NCBI GenBank assembly: GCA_964016885.1
Contig: OZ024740.1
Span: 103,478,001 to 103,542,000, forward strand
Source of the DNA: Eledone cirrhosa
Lineage: Eukaryota
Length of the DNA: 64,000 nt
Reading direction: 5' to 3'
Part shown: in pieces, positions 1-13,917 of the stretch
Layout of the letters: each line of letters begins with the position of its first letter
Position numbering within the stretch: the stretch's first letter is position 1
Notes under the pieces: generated by a model
The model's input: only the letters and a program-made list of their open reading frames with translations
Told to the model about the DNA's origin: nothing
The model's database searches: none
Position numbers and translations under genes: made by a program

Positions 1-1123
1 AGAAAGTGATATCCTTGTTCGATCATTATACCAAAAGCTTATTTTTTTAAGCAGACAGTATTATTGATTTAGGTGTTGCAGAAACCCTGTACTGGATTTT
101 ACCATCATTTCCAAGGGTTCGGATAAATATTTCATTCATCTATTTTGTTTGACCCGTTTAGCTTGCTTCGTTTTTTTGGCTTAGGTGGTTGATAGCTTCT
201 TAACCGTCGTCTCAGTATGTATGGCCTTTATAACTTATGTTTATTGCTCTGGTCTCTTTTAGTCCATGGAGCGCTTGCCAACACAAATCGGAGATTGAGT
301 TTCGTTTATTTCTACCCGCCGAAATGCGATTCTCGCTGAATTTATGTTTATATATATATATATATATGGTACCTTCCTATGCCAACATCTTTATAATTGA
401 TTTAGAGAAAAGGTTATTAGATGAGGACTCATCATCACTGTTTAATGTCTATTTTCCATATCTAGCTCATATATTCCACCTCCAGCATGGCTTCTATGGT
501 TGTATGCCCTTCCTATTACCAACCACTTTACAAAGTGTTTTGGGTGCACTAGCATTAGAGGGGTTGTTATGTTCTCCACAAGACTGAAGAGTCCCCCCCC
601 CCCCCATCTTATGTTGTCCCCATTTGCACACCAACCAATTTACAGATATGTATTGAGTGTGTTTTAGGAAAGGAGGCGATCATGAAATTGTACCAAAGAA
701 ACAATATTGATGCAGGCCTCCAGCCAGTGGTCAGTAGCTCTGCTCGGGAATTGACTCAGTCAGTGGTGATTCAGCCAACCTTTGTTAGCAGGGAAAATGA
801 ACATTAAATGATGGTGATAATGATCGGGAGAAAGAAAGCTACCATTTAAGTCAACACTCTAATGACTTTGCCAATTTGCCTTCTTCTACCTGGAGAAATA
901 AAGCTGCATCAGCGCTGACTCATTTAACCCAACGCTATCAACTATACCATTATAACCTGAAAATATTGCACTACAAGTTGGTATTACATATTATAAGTGG
1001 GGATTATTTGGATTGTTTAGCTTCTGTGTTTTGGAATATGAAGTAGGTGAGAGGTATGAACAATATGCAATAATGAAACCAACAGTGATTGAGTCATGTT
1101 GAAACTAATTTGTCCATTTGTAG

Positions 1124-1211
1124 ATGCTGAGGGAGAGGTGGATGAGTCAACAGAACAGCAAAACTTTGAGGACAACTTGAGAGAATGTATTGATGGACTC
1201 GTGGAAAAAAG
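1124..1211 (+). CDS. IFRD1: IFRD family gene, first visible coding exon (DAEGEVDESTEQQNFEDNLRECIDGLVEK); upstream exons outside window
   Basis: tttgtag acceptor, AG|gtcagt donor; resembles the IFRD1 'EYKLKGLIDLTLDKS' segment; phase matches next exon. Confidence 0.85.
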
Positions 1212-1717
1212 GTCAGTATGGATGTACAACTCTGCTAGTGGAGAGAGGTGTTTCACCCCAGGTGTTAAAGTCTGCCCCAAGCCCAGTGGTGCATCTGGTT
1301 AGAGCTTATTCTAGTTTCATTTGCATTAAGTGGCCAAGAGTATAAGATGTCTCCTGGTGGTGGTACTCATTTTTTTTTTTCATCTGAGTGAACTGGGGCA
1401 GTGTGGAATGAAGTGCCTTGTTGAAAGACACTGTGCTTCTTGGTCTGGGAATCGGACCTATAACTCTGCGATTGTGAGCAGAACACTAACCACATGGCCA
1501 CACACCTTATCCTCTGGTGGGCTCTAATCCACCAAATCTAGGATTGTATGCAGGAGTTGCCAAGAATTTTGCAGAGTTCAACAAGAAACCACCTGTATTC
1601 AGGTTGTTATCCCTAGTTTTCTGCTGTCTCATACTGAGAGATGATGGTGGTGGTGGTTGTGATTTCTTCAATTTATAATGAATTAAGTGTTACTTGTTTT
1701 CTTTGTTTATATTGCAG

Positions 1718-1798
1718 TCAACAAACGCGTATCAACTGTTTAAACAGCCTCAGTAAAGCTCTTTCCACTAAATACATTTGTGATTTTCTTTTGAATGT
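1718..1798 (+). CDS. IFRD1: IFRD exon (SQQTRINCLNSLSKALSTKYICDFLLN)
   Basis: ttgcag acceptor, gtgagt donor, phase 2-2 consistent. Confidence 0.85.
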
Positions 1799-2428
1799 GT
1801 GAGTAGATCCTTTTCCATTTTTTTCTTTCTCTTCATATTGTAATTTTAACATATGATTTAGTAATACTGCAGTATGTTGTACATAATGAAGTATAGTAGT
1901 TTTTTTTTTAGTGCTGCCAATAATCATATGTAGTTGGCTTGGATTCTCTAAGTGAAAATTACAACTCTTCCAATATTTTCAATGTTATGTGTCTTTATCA
2001 ATAATTTTCTGGGTACATGACCATGTAGTAAAGAAGTTTGCTTTGCAATCAGAAGGTTCCAGGTTCGATCCCACTGCATATTACCTACCATAAACCTTGG
2101 ATCAACCCAAACTTTGGTGTGGAATTAGGTAGATAGAAACTGCAGGAGCTCATCAGATTTGACTGCAGCTGTGATATGAAGACCCAATCTTGTTGCATAA
2201 TGCCATACTGGTTTTATTTGAAGATTATTAAGAGAACAGTATTTGTGGAATATTTAGTCACTTCCATTACAGTACATTGAGTAGGTAGTTTCATTTATTA
2301 AACAACTGGCACAGTTATAGAAATTAAAGATCAATCGTTCATATGCTGGCACTACTTAGATGTTGAAACATTGATAGACACTTGTTGTCATAGTAAATGT
2401 TGTGTTGTTGTTATTATAAGGGAGGTTA

Positions 2429-2835
2429 GGGTGGTGGATTGGCAGTATCGGTAGAGGGCCGGACGCCATGCTTTGCAGCATAGAGTTACGGTCCTTTATA
2501 ATCTGAGTTCAAATCCCGCAGAGGTTAGCTTTGCCTTTCATCCTTACGGGGTCGATAAAATAAAGTACTAGTCACGCACTGTGGGCGATTTAATCGACTT
2601 TCCCCTCCCGCAAAATTGCTGGCCTTGTGCCTATATAAGAAACAGTTGTTATAAGGGAGGTGGATTAGCAGTATTGGTAGACTCTGACAAAATGCTTTGT
2701 GGCATATCGTTAAAACCCTTTACATTTCGAGTTTGACTCCCACTTTACCTTTACTCCTTAAAAGCTAATAAAATAAAGTACCAGTAAAGTGGCAGCCCCC
2801 GAAATTGACCTTTGCTTAAATTAGAAATAGTTATT
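2429..2835 (+). mobile_element. Two tandem tRNA-derived SINEs
   Basis: A-box-like TGGCAGTATCGG, B-box GAGTTCAAATCC, central GCCTTTCATCCTTACGGGGTCGATAAAATAAAGTAC. Confidence 0.8.
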
Positions 2836-3784
2836 ATTGAAGGGAATGAGAGAGGAGGGGGAGGGGGGCAATTCAGTATCAGTTTGACAGCTTTATGATT
2901 TAACTCTTTAATGTCCTGTACCACATTAGTAAAACATTCTTAAAAGTACATAACAGCACTATGATTAGATCGCATTAAAAAATAAACACTTTACTTTAAT
3001 ACAACCAATTTTCACAACGGTCTGTGCACTAGTAAAGATACTACAAACATTTGAATTGATAAATTTGTTTTAGGTAAATTTTGTTAAATCCTTACAGAAT
3101 GCTAAGAGTTAAGCTCATATCCCACAGGGATGCTGGTGTGGTTGATAATATAAATTTGAATCAATAGATGCAATATGTGTCCTTGTGTCTCTTAGGAATC
3201 ATTATTGTTGAGCAAAAGGAGAAATGGACAATCTTCTGGCAAGCCAAGTGATTGATATGTTCTCTTAATCTGCTTATTACATTGTGAAATGGAGAAATGT
3301 CTCCTATTTCTGTTCTTCAATGAATTTATATTAACATCTAAGTAAGAAATTGTGATGATGATGTAAGTGCTAAGGATAATCAGTATTACTCTAATTCTCT
3401 TCATATTTCAAAGATCCTGACATATTCAATTTAATTTGTGATCATTCCCAGCTTTAGAAAGATATGTTACTTCTATAGAATTGACACTTTTAATACCAAA
3501 CTACCTGAAACTATCCTTGGTTCTGTTTATTTTAAAAACCTTCCAACATAATTTTATGTAAGAAAATGTAAAGTTACATTTCAAACACCAAATAAATAAT
3601 GAGATAGTAATATTACTAAATCCTTCTAAATTCTTGGTTATTTTCAAAATGATTTAGAAATTATATATTGTTTTTCTTTAGAAAAATGGTAAGAAATTGG
3701 TTAAAGTAAAGTGTTTATTTGAATTATTTAAAAGAACTTTAACAATCTCAGCATTTTATCTTTTTTCGCGTTCTTTCTCCCCAG

Positions 3785-3980
3785 CAAATTTACAATTGTA
3801 GAAAGTCTAATACGCCTCTTGAAGAAGGGAAAATGTGAGGAACAGGTTTTAGCTGCCCATTGTGTGGGTCAACTTTTTGTACAGCTTGGAGATGACAGCA
3901 AAGACCTGTTTGAAGATGTGCGAGAGACATTGATGTACTTGCTGAATGACCACGCCACCTCTGTAAAAGCTCGTCAAAAG
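3785..3980 (+). CDS. IFRD1: IFRD exon (KFTIVESLIRLLKKGKCEEQVLAA...SVKARQK)
   Basis: Polypyrimidine+cag acceptor, AAG|gtaacc donor; LKKGKxEEQ motif typical of IFRD. Confidence 0.92.
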
Positions 3981-5441
3981 GTAACCATAAATTTTAGGCT
4001 AATTTCAACACCAGCTTTCCACTGTAAGAAGTAGGAGCAGCGTATTAGCAAGTGTTTTATTAGCTTACAGTTCTCGTATGGAACAAGAAATCCACAAGAA
4101 GATACTGTAACATCAGTCTTAGTTATTTCACCTTACCTTTCCTTGATATATCTAATGCCAAATTCATTCAAGCTGAATGTGATTGTCGTAGTACTACAGC
4201 AGTCAAACCCATATTATTTATCTAATCATACAAAGATGGACACCTTATTCAACTATAAGGGATTCAACAACTCTGTACATTATATTCATTGCTTTTACAT
4301 CTTCCATGCTGCCGCGAGTTGGATGGGATGTTTTGAGACAGTGGTGTATGACTGGATACCTTTTTTTATGTAAACCATTTTGTTGCTTTGTACAACACAC
4401 AGGGATATGGTGTGCTTATTCTAAAACATTAATACAGTATTCCATTTATGTGTGTGTGCATGTATTATGATTGTTGGTTAGTTCACACATGATAAAACAT
4501 AAGGTGCCTGGTTTAGTGATGTATCCTTGAGCAAGATGCTTTATTTCACACTGCTCCAATCAACTCAATTGGCTAAAACAGCAGTTGCTAGATAACTTTC
4601 GGTCGCTTAGTGTCAATGAAACCATAAGATCTGGACTTGGAACAGACTTCAACTTTTAACATACGATAGGACTACAGTGAACTTAAACATTTCATGGTAT
4701 TTCTTTATATTCTGACAACAAATTCTGCTAGGGTTGAAGTAAATACTTGACTGTATTTCTTGTTCTCTCAATAATTCTAAAGTCTACGTGACAGTATGTT
4801 AATAGTACACTAAACTGTACATAGTATCTACATTATTAGCATTGCAAGCTATCAAAACACTCATTAGTTTTATGTTGTTGCTGGTATTTATCTTACATCT
4901 AAGTATATTTGATAATTAGTTTATGTTGTTGATAAGATCAGTTTTGCCACTGCCAGAGTTGTCGGACAAAATACTTTTTTTTAAAGTTTGTATATATTAC
5001 AAGATGTTAGTTTTGTTTGATCATCTGGATATTTCTTATTGTCACATTTAACTCCTTTCTGAAAGTTATATAGCATTAGCACTGAAAAATCTAACCCTAG
5101 TTAAAGGCTTTTATAGTTTATTCCAGGGAATGGTTTTATAGTTTACAATGTAAAGTTGTGTGGCAGTAGTTTTAAGCTGTTTTATCTCAGGTCAGCCCTG
5201 AATGAACTCCATGTAGGATTATCCCATCTTTTATTCAGAGATAGTGTATCTAGGACTTTGAGGAGCCTGTGAAGCATCATGTTACTTGTGAAAACAGATC
5301 AAACTATTTGAAATGTATAGATGTAAAATGATTTTCTAAGATAAGGTTAATAGTGTGAACAATTATAATCCTTATTATTTCAAATATTTTAGTCTATTCA
5401 TCTATCCATTACATTAGTAATATTTTTCAATCTTATTTCAG

Positions 5442-5492
5442 TGTGCTGATACTTTATCCATATGTAGCTTTGTCGCTTGCCGTGATGTGTTG
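5442..5492 (+). CDS. IFRD1: IFRD exon (CADTLSICSFVACRDVL)
   Basis: tttcag acceptor, gtaagg donor, 51 nt phase 0-0; resembles IFRD 'CATCFGVCCFIA'. Confidence 0.85.
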
Positions 5493-7543
5493 GTAAGGAC
5501 TTTTGGTCTTTATTTACTCTCCGTTTCTTTCACAGGTAGACACAGGTGGATTGAGGTTTAGATCCCGTCTCTACTGCTTGACTGTATCCATGACCAAGAC
5601 ACATAACTGTCAACAACCCTGTCCACCTAGCTGTAAGTAGGTACCACACAATATTGAGACTGCATGGTACTAGCATTTGTATAGCCATACAATTGTGTCC
5701 AATATTAAGATCAGTTGAGTACCTCTGTATATTTTGGCAATAGCTGCTCTCACTCTGTGTATATTGACAGTAAACAGTATAAATACAAAATAGACTGTTT
5801 GATATCAGCATAGGTATATCCCAGTGATAGTAACACATCTAAATACTTAATTCAAATCACCAAGCCTTACTGTTTGTGCATGAGAATATGCATAATTAAC
5901 AATACCCTCAATTGATGTATTTGAAGGAGACATAACTGGTTGGTGAATAGTGGCTAATATAACAGTAGTTTGTGGTGGTGACAATGATGATGGTGTATAT
6001 ACAAGTAAGAATAAATAAATTTGAAAAAGGAACTGCGGAGGGTGTATCAGTGAGGCATCACAATATTGATGCATGACATGTGGAAATGCTGCATTTAATG
6101 CAGTGATAACATTGCTGTTTTTATAATCAAAACAGTGGGGCAGATTAAGCTGTAAAAATATGGAAAATTGATGTTAAAATTACAACTAAAGCTATTATAA
6201 AATATTTGTTATATTTGGGGATGCTTATGTTGCCAGTATTGTCGATAAAAAGAAACACATGCACGATATGATTTTTCTTTATCTTTATTATTAGTTATTC
6301 ATTAGTTCATCAAAGATCTTTCATTGCACATTCTGTGACCTCAATGACTCTTTTGTGCTTCCTCTTTTATGGTCTTATTCTGTTACTCCAAAACGAGATG
6401 GAGTAGAAGTTTAAGGCTAGAAAGAAGAGAAAGCACAAAAAGAGAACATAGTCATTGAAGAGGTCACAGAATGTGTGGTGAAAGAAATTTGACAAACTAA
6501 CGAATAAAGGTAAAAGTGAAAATCATATGGTGTGTGTGTGTTGCTATTTATTGGCAATACTGACAACATGACCACCCTCAAATATAACAAAATCAATTTC
6601 AACACAATTTTAAATCAAGAATCTTGCAAAACAAATACATAAACGTAATATTATAAAATCATCATTATTATCATTATTGTGGATTGGCAAAACTTTCCAG
6701 AGTTGATAAAATGAAATCCCATTCAAGTACTTGGGCAATTCAATCAATTATTAACCTTTTCCTCCAAATTTCCGGTTAGAAAGTATTGTTTTATGTAAAG
6801 TGGTTGTTGCTAAGATAGGCAACCAGTTGTGCAAACCATGCCAAAAAAAAAGAAAAATGACATTTGTTCTAAACTTTGGTGTTTGAGTATTGTTTACTTA
6901 TTGTTTACTTTCATATTTGAGTATTGTTTACAGATGTTCTTAATAGCTGGATAGCTGTGCTATCTCTTTGAACCCTGAATTAGGTGTGGCACTTTTTTCT
7001 AATATCTTTCTAAGCCAACTGAATCAAGCAGTGTTATGTGATTTCCTCAAGAGCACAATACTACAATGGCAGTACTAAGATCTGAACTAAATGCAGTAAT
7101 TCCTAAACCTCACAATCAATGATGTGAGGCCTACATTGGAATATTATAAATTTCAAATTTCAAAAATATTTATTAGTTCCCATCTTTGATCTGTGCTGGC
7201 TTGGCTCTTTGTTACTTTGGGTTAGAACTTTTTCTGTTACTAAACTATTGGTGAAGTCTGTTTTCTTAGAAATTTGAAAATTAGTCATGTGTTTTTTAAG
7301 GTTTGAAAAAATATTTAAAAGTGCCATTGTCAATGTAATTAAATATATAACCAAGTATTTTGCCAGATCCCTATAAATTTGGGTTCAAATCATTTAAACG
7401 TGAAGAGAAATCTTTTAAAACCATCAATCTGCAAATCTACACAACATCAGATAATTCTTGATAAGACAATTTTCCAGTCAAAAGTATGAATGTCATCCCA
7501 ACATTTAAATTGTTTAATAGAATTATTTATTTGTGTATTTCAG

Positions 7544-7722
7544 ATGATGCGTAAAATAATGGGTTCTCTGGAACAAGTGTTTAAAGAATCTTACCTGAAG
7601 AATGAGAAAGCAAACACCAACCAAAATGATCCTTTCTCTAGTCTCTATTCTAGTGCTTTGTCAGCTTGGACCTTACTACTTTCAATTGCACCCAACAGCT
7701 ACATAGTAGAAATGGTTGACAG
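7544..7722 (+). CDS. IFRD1: IFRD exon (MMRKIMGSLEQVF...SALSAWTLLLSIAP...)
   Basis: Conserved SALxAWxLLL motif; tttcag/gtttgt boundaries. Confidence 0.92.
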
Positions 7723-9389
7723 GTTTGTCTTGCAACTTTTATACAACAAACATCTACATATTCATATACTACCTCACTGTTGAAACCTAACATCTTGAGA
7801 CACTATGCCCTATAATTTAGGTAGGCTGGTTGTGATTCGAAATGTCAATTTTATGTTCCATTTGATCGGTCAGAACTAAATCAGCTGACTTGATAGAATG
7901 AATATGGCTATTGAAATAGAAGTTGGTTTGCAGATGGTTCTAATAATGTTTGATGTGCTAAGTTTTTAGCCATATATATTAAAATGCTAACAATAGATTA
8001 CATGGGGTGTAAAAAATTTGTTACATTGTGGAAAGAGGACAGTAAAAGTGTGTAATAGAGAAAGAGATAGAAAGAAAGCAGTGGAAGTGACTTTGACAGC
8101 ACCAAACTCCAATTTTTATTTTATTTATTTATTTTTTGTTGTGTCTGTAAGAAAAGGATGGTAAGAGTTTATGCGTGTGATGAACTACTGTGGAAAGCAG
8201 GTATTAAGTGTGTATGTGCAAAAGAAAGAGAAATGTGGTGTTGAATCTTTTTTAAAACCTGCACTATGAAAAATAGTTCATTTTGGGAGTTTTAGTCATT
8301 AGTCAAATTTATTTGATTCACATGTAATTAAGTACTTACTCTATATATTATTTGTGTGTGTAAAAACGATGATGATATATATGTCTGTAAATTATAAATA
8401 AAACACTTAAAATGCCATATTGATCTTTAGTATTTGTTGGTTGTTGTTTCTAACTAAACTGGAATTTCCATGGAGTCAGTTGGTAGTTTTTAATGTGAGA
8501 TTCAAAATATGTTACATGGGTTTTCCTATGAAAGGGTAAAAATAACACTTGAAATAAGTTATATATGACTTAACTGTTTAACTTACCTGTGGTTTTAACT
8601 CTTTGTCTCTCTTGTCGCTTGTGAGAACAAGTTTTTTTGTGTGTTTTTGCTGCTAATTCTGCTGATTCATTTTTGCAAATAACCTTCATCTAATCTTTCT
8701 CTTAAGTGTAACTAGAAATAAATATTTCTATTGTACTTGATAAAATAGGCTTGTTAAATTGTAAAATTCTATTTTGAAATTACACACTCAATAGATAGTC
8801 TCAATACACATCACATATTGTACACTGTGTACTAGTATTTATTTTTCGCATATTCATCTATGTTATCAAACAAATTTTTGTGGCAATGATTGATATAATG
8901 CTTTCCTGTAATCAGTTTTCAGTTAATTCATTATCAGAACTAAATATCCTCATATTTACACTTCCTATTGTTGAACATTGCCAGCAAGGATTATCAAGTA
9001 TCAAAGCCACTACTTTACATGATATAGCTGAGTCAAAGTACCTGAGGCAAGTGTTCAGCTTACCAAATACACCAACTGTTCAGTTTTCCCACTACCTTAT
9101 AGATTAACCATAAACTTTTTCAACATAGCAAAAACATCCAGGCTAAATAAAGATTCTAGCCTCTTGGATTCAAATAGTAAATCTGATAAAATTTGAGGAA
9201 TTTTCAGGCTAAATTTAAACCTTTTCTTTCAGTGGCCCAATAGTTGTCTCCCTTATCAAGAAAATATAGTTTTTATCAATTAAATAGAACTTGTTAGGAA
9301 CAGATAGGGTTTAGCTGCTTGTGTATATGCAGCTAATTACACAATGTATGTTTGAGTATTTATATATATATAAACTTTATCTTTTTCAG

Positions 9390-9498
9390 CCATTTGGGTA
9401 ATATAATAAGTATGTTAGAGAGTCCTGATGTGGAACTAAGAATTGTGGCAGGAGAAACTATAGCCCTAATGTATGAGTTACAGCGAGGCATTGATCAA
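9390..9498 (+). CDS. IFRD1: IFRD exon (HLGNIISMLESPDVELRIVAGETIALMYELQRGIDQ)
   Basis: DVxLRIxAGExIALxxEL motif; ttcag/gtaaat boundaries. Confidence 0.93.
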
Positions 9499-9898
9499 GT
9501 AAATATACTCAGATCTTAACTCTCTCTCTCTCTCTCTCTCTCGTTCAAATCCTGTTACAGTCAAAATAAGTTTGATTCAATCTACTAACCTCTTCTCTTC
9601 CTCCCTACCAAAATTTGTAGCTTCATACATATTTTAGATATGATTATCCCTTTCATTACCATATTTCTAATTCTTTATTTTCAAAATTATTTGAAAATAA
9701 AGAATTTAAACAACTTTCTTCTTATTAAGCTGGTGTTTGGAACATAACTTATCACAAGGTTCTTAAATAAAATTATTGTAGAAGGTTTTTCAGATAAATA
9801 TAAACATGTTAAAACCAAGAGCAATTTGTTATCAAAAATATTATTACTGCTTACATATTTGTGATTATTGAATTTACATTTTGTTTGTGTTTCATTAG

Positions 9899-10033
9899 GA
9901 ATTTGAAGGTGACGACATTGTAAGTTTGTGTGAGATGTTAAAACAGCTGGCTACTGATGGCAGTAAACACCGTGCCAAAAAGGATCGGCGACAGCAAAGA
10001 TCTACCTTCAGAGGGATATTGAAGTCTATAGAG
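9899..10033 (+). CDS. IFRD1: IFRD exon (EFEGDDIVSLCEMLKQLATDGSKHRAKKDRRQQRSTFRGILKSIE)
   Basis: Hallmark LATDxxKHRAKKDRRxQRSxFR motif. Confidence 0.95.
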
Positions 10034-10865
10034 GTTAGTATTGTTGGTGTTGTTGCTGTTCTTATAATTTAATATCAGTTAAGAAGTGTTTATAATCTTC
10101 TAATAACATTTTTTAAATTTCTTCTCCACATTGATGAAATTATTATTACAGAAAGGACATGACAGCCTCTCTTAGTGCTGGGGTCATGATAAAATGACCC
10201 AGAACACCCTGCTATATGATTGGTGTTTAGGACATCCAGCTGCAGAAATTCTGCCTACAATTAGAACATGAGCAAGATGTAATCCTTTAACATGTCTAGT
10301 GCATGGAAAATGGACAGAAAATGATGATGAAAATGTTGTTGGATGCCACAATAAGTAATGTATTTGGCTAAAAGGCCCTGCTGCAGTAATTTATGAGATT
10401 TTCAGTTGAAATCTTGCCTTTCATCATTGGCATACTAGAGTAGAATGAATCAGCTATACATTTCTGTTAGAAATCATCAACATGTCATGGTCGTCTTTTT
10501 TTTTTTTATCTTTCTCGGAGATGGTAAAATAAGAACTGAATGGGTAGAAGTAGAATTTGGGATTTTATGTTTATGATAGAAATGATTTATTGTACATTTT
10601 TCTCTATTTTAAGGTAGATATGGTTCAGATATTTTGTGATATTAACTGAGGTATTTTGTACAACTAAATAAAGGGGACTGAAATACAAACAGATGTACTT
10701 TATATCCTAATATTATATGTGCTCACCACCCACTCTCCCATGTCGACTCTATGCACGATGATGCCTCTGGGATCGATGACTAGGATAACCCCAGTCCCAT
10801 TGAGCAGGAGCGATAGATGATGTGTGCCCTGCTCTAACATTGTTATTGTGTCTCTATTGCTGTAG

Positions 10866-10994
10866 GATTTGGAGAGTCCTGCTGCCATGATCAAATTTGG
10901 ACCAGAGTGCCTTTACCTAGACAGCTGGGCAAGAAAAAAACAGTACGATAGCTTCTGTCAAGTTCTTGGGTCAGGTACTCCTCAACATTTTCAG
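10866..10994 (+). CDS. IFRD1: IFRD exon (DLESPAAMIKFGPECLYLDSWARKKQYDSFCQVLGSGTPQHFQ)
   Basis: IKFGPExxYxDSW...QYD...VLGSG motif; tgtag/gtaaat boundaries. Confidence 0.95.
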
Positions 10995-11040
10995 GTAAAT
11001 TCTGCAACTTTGACTCTTTCATCTCATTTTCCAATATATG

Positions 11041-11259
11041 CCATATATATACTCGAATATAATTTGACCCCCTATTTTATATCTGAGAAAGTGGCAAAAC
11101 TCAAAACCTCTTTTATAAGCTAAGATAGGTAATCAACACATTTAGATGGTGTGGTTTTGAAATTCTCATGAAGTATTAATATAAGCCAACCCCTCCATTT
11201 TACCATTGATTTATTTTTTTTTTTTGTCACATATTTCTTATATGCAAGTATATATACAG
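11041..11259. mobile_element. pogo/Tigger-like MITE
   Basis: TIR CCATATATATACTCGAATATAA ... TTATATGCAAGTATATATACAG|TA. Confidence 0.6.
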
Positions 11260-11297
11260 TAATTCCTGCTTTACTAAAATTCATATATATATATATA

Positions 11298-12853
11298 TCA
11301 TCATTGTCGTTTAATGTCAACTTTCCACGCTAGCATGAGTTAGACGGGAGTTGTCCCACTTGAGGCAAGGTTGGTCGGGTGACCGTGTCTTGCTCATATA
11401 GGACTATCTGGCAGGTTTTCTACGGCTGGATGCCCTTCCTAACACCAACCACATTTACAGTGTGGAACTGGGAACTTTTTACCGTGTTACCTACACGGCC
11501 ACATTACAGCGTGGACTGTGTTTTTTTTCTCGTGACACCTTCTCGATCTCATTTATTTGGACTGGATGTTGTGGTACCAACTTTATAGAGGGGGTGGTGT
11601 TGGTGGGAGTGGGAGGATAGGGTAGGAGTAGTGGATTGGGGTGTATATTTGGTTAAGAGGTGCCTACTGACTGTAGGTTTTGCTTTGTACATAGGCAAGG
11701 CGGGTCTTCTGTATTACTGCGTAGCGCCAAAGATCTCGGTCCAGTGACATTGTCTTAGAGAGGTGCAAGTGTGTAAGGTCGGAATTTATCAGATCGTCCC
11801 AGGTTTTTCTGGGTCTACCTACTCCGTAACTACCATCAATTTTGATTGCCCTGCACTTTTTTATACAGCTGTCGTCTTTCATGCGCATCATGTGGCCATA
11901 CCAATGTAGCCTTCTCTCGAGTAAACAGCATCTGATCCCTCTTATTCCTAATTTCTCACTTAGTTCATTTATGCTTTGCCGTTCACATATATTACTATTA
12001 CACATCCAACGGAGCATGCATGCTTCGTTCCTTTCCAATCTACGCAGGTCCTCTGCACGCAATGCCCATGTCTCACTGCCATGTAGCATTGCTGTTCGTA
12101 TACAAGCATCATACAATCTGCCTTTCATTTTTAGAGAGAAACCTTTTGTGACCAACAGCGGTATAAGCGCTCTGAACTTTTTCCATCCTGTTCTGACTCT
12201 GGCTACTGTACTTTCAGAACACCCTCCACCACTGCTGATTTCGTCACCCAGGTAACAGAAAGTGTCTACTATTTCTATAGAACCATCTGGGCAATAGAAG
12301 GGGCTAGTATCCTGTGGACACTTGCTACCTATTGCACCTGAGCATCAGCCACAGATAAAGTCTACGTTCTTAGATAGTTTACCTGTGATCCAACTACATC
12401 TTTTATGTACCCATACTTTGCATTTGGGACATAAAATGGAATTTCTGCCTACTCCTTTCCTACACACTGAGCAAGGCCATTTCCCTGAGGGTACCTGTGC
12501 CTTATTTTCCTTTCTACAAACTAGGACTTTAGTCTTAGACAAGTTAACTTTAAGGCCTTTTGATCTAGGCCATGCTTCCATGTTTGGAATTTCTTTTCTA
12601 GTTCAGCCATTGATTCAGCTATGAGCGTTAGATCATCTGCGTATAGGAGTTCCCATGGGCAGCCGGTCTTGAACTCCTCTGTTATAGCCTGAAGGGCAAT
12701 AATAAATAAGAGGGGGCTAAGGATAGAGCCTTGATGAACGCCAACTTTTACACTAAATTCTTCACAATATTCATTGTTAATTCTAACCTTACAGACTGTT
12801 TCATTATACATAGCTTGTATAGCTCTCACAAGCCATTCATCTACACCTAGTTT
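11298..12853 (-). mobile_element. RTE-clade LINE, 5'-truncated (family A)
   Basis: GVHQGSILSPLLF, ELLYADD, PHD-like insert, MLHGSETW, GRPRKTW; (GAT)n tail; (TA)n on both sides; frameshifts. Confidence 0.93.
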
Positions 12854-12854
12854 A

Positions 12855-12891
<37 letters not shown>

Positions 12892-13917
12892 ATGAAGGCA
12901 TATGGTCTTGTGGTTAGAGTTGAAATCAGGAATGGGTTTCATTATTAGTGTTGTGTTGAGTAAAGTGCTTCATTTTATATGGCTTTTCATGATGGGCCCG
13001 GGAGCCCCTATCTTTAAAACACTTGAGAAACCTCATGAGATTCAACATCATTGGTGGTCAGTTAAATTGGCATAGATGTAAACTGTACATTTTTTTTTAT
13101 TTTCATTTAATTTCATAGACATATGCATACATTAAGGATTTTCTAGATGTATTATCGCTGTCATACGAAGTGTCTAAAAGGGCTAATGCCAGGAAGGGTG
13201 TCTGGCTGCAAAACATTGCTTCAAAAATGACTCGTGATGAGAAAGAAACCTTCTAATGAATCCGCAAGACTAACTCCTGCTTTTAGCAGGGTAAAAAAAA
13301 TATCTGTAAAACGCTGGCTACTGCTGGCTGTGTCTAGATGTTTAATATATACATTGTATATTCTTTTACTCCTTTACTGATTATAGTAATTCAACTGTAG
13401 TTATGCTGGGAACCACTTTCAGGAGCTTTTAACAAATCTCTGAGTTAGCTTGAGCTACTACTTATTGAGCAAACACTACTGCCTACCACATATCAATCAC
13501 ATGGTGGTCAACCAAGACTGTAATTAGACAGCTCATATTGAAGGTGCTGTGCAGTAGGATCGAGCTCAGAACAGCACAGTTGGATTGCAAAGCAAACTTT
13601 TAAACTATACAGCCATTACTGTACCCATGTGTGTGTATATATATAATATGTAGAAAGGATAACACACTAGTGAGAGATAGTGTGTGTGATCAAAAAACAG
13701 GGAAAGCACCAGTGTGTTGAATCTACAAACTACGGAAGGTAGGGTAGACACACAATAATTTAAAATATAAATCAAAACGTGTATACGCACCTCTATAACT
13801 ATATAACCTCATTCGAGCGACCTTTTAAAGTGCCTACATTCATGGTACCAACTCTGAAGTTTTAGATTTCGTTGGGTGGGTGGAAGGGAGGGTGAGGGAG
13901 ATGGGGTTATGTTAGAC

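Noticed and set aside
237-587. 116-aa ORF and most other short ORFs in the track
   Set aside because: They run through microsatellites or low-complexity DNA, or are antisense shadows of LINE ORFs; no recognisable motifs
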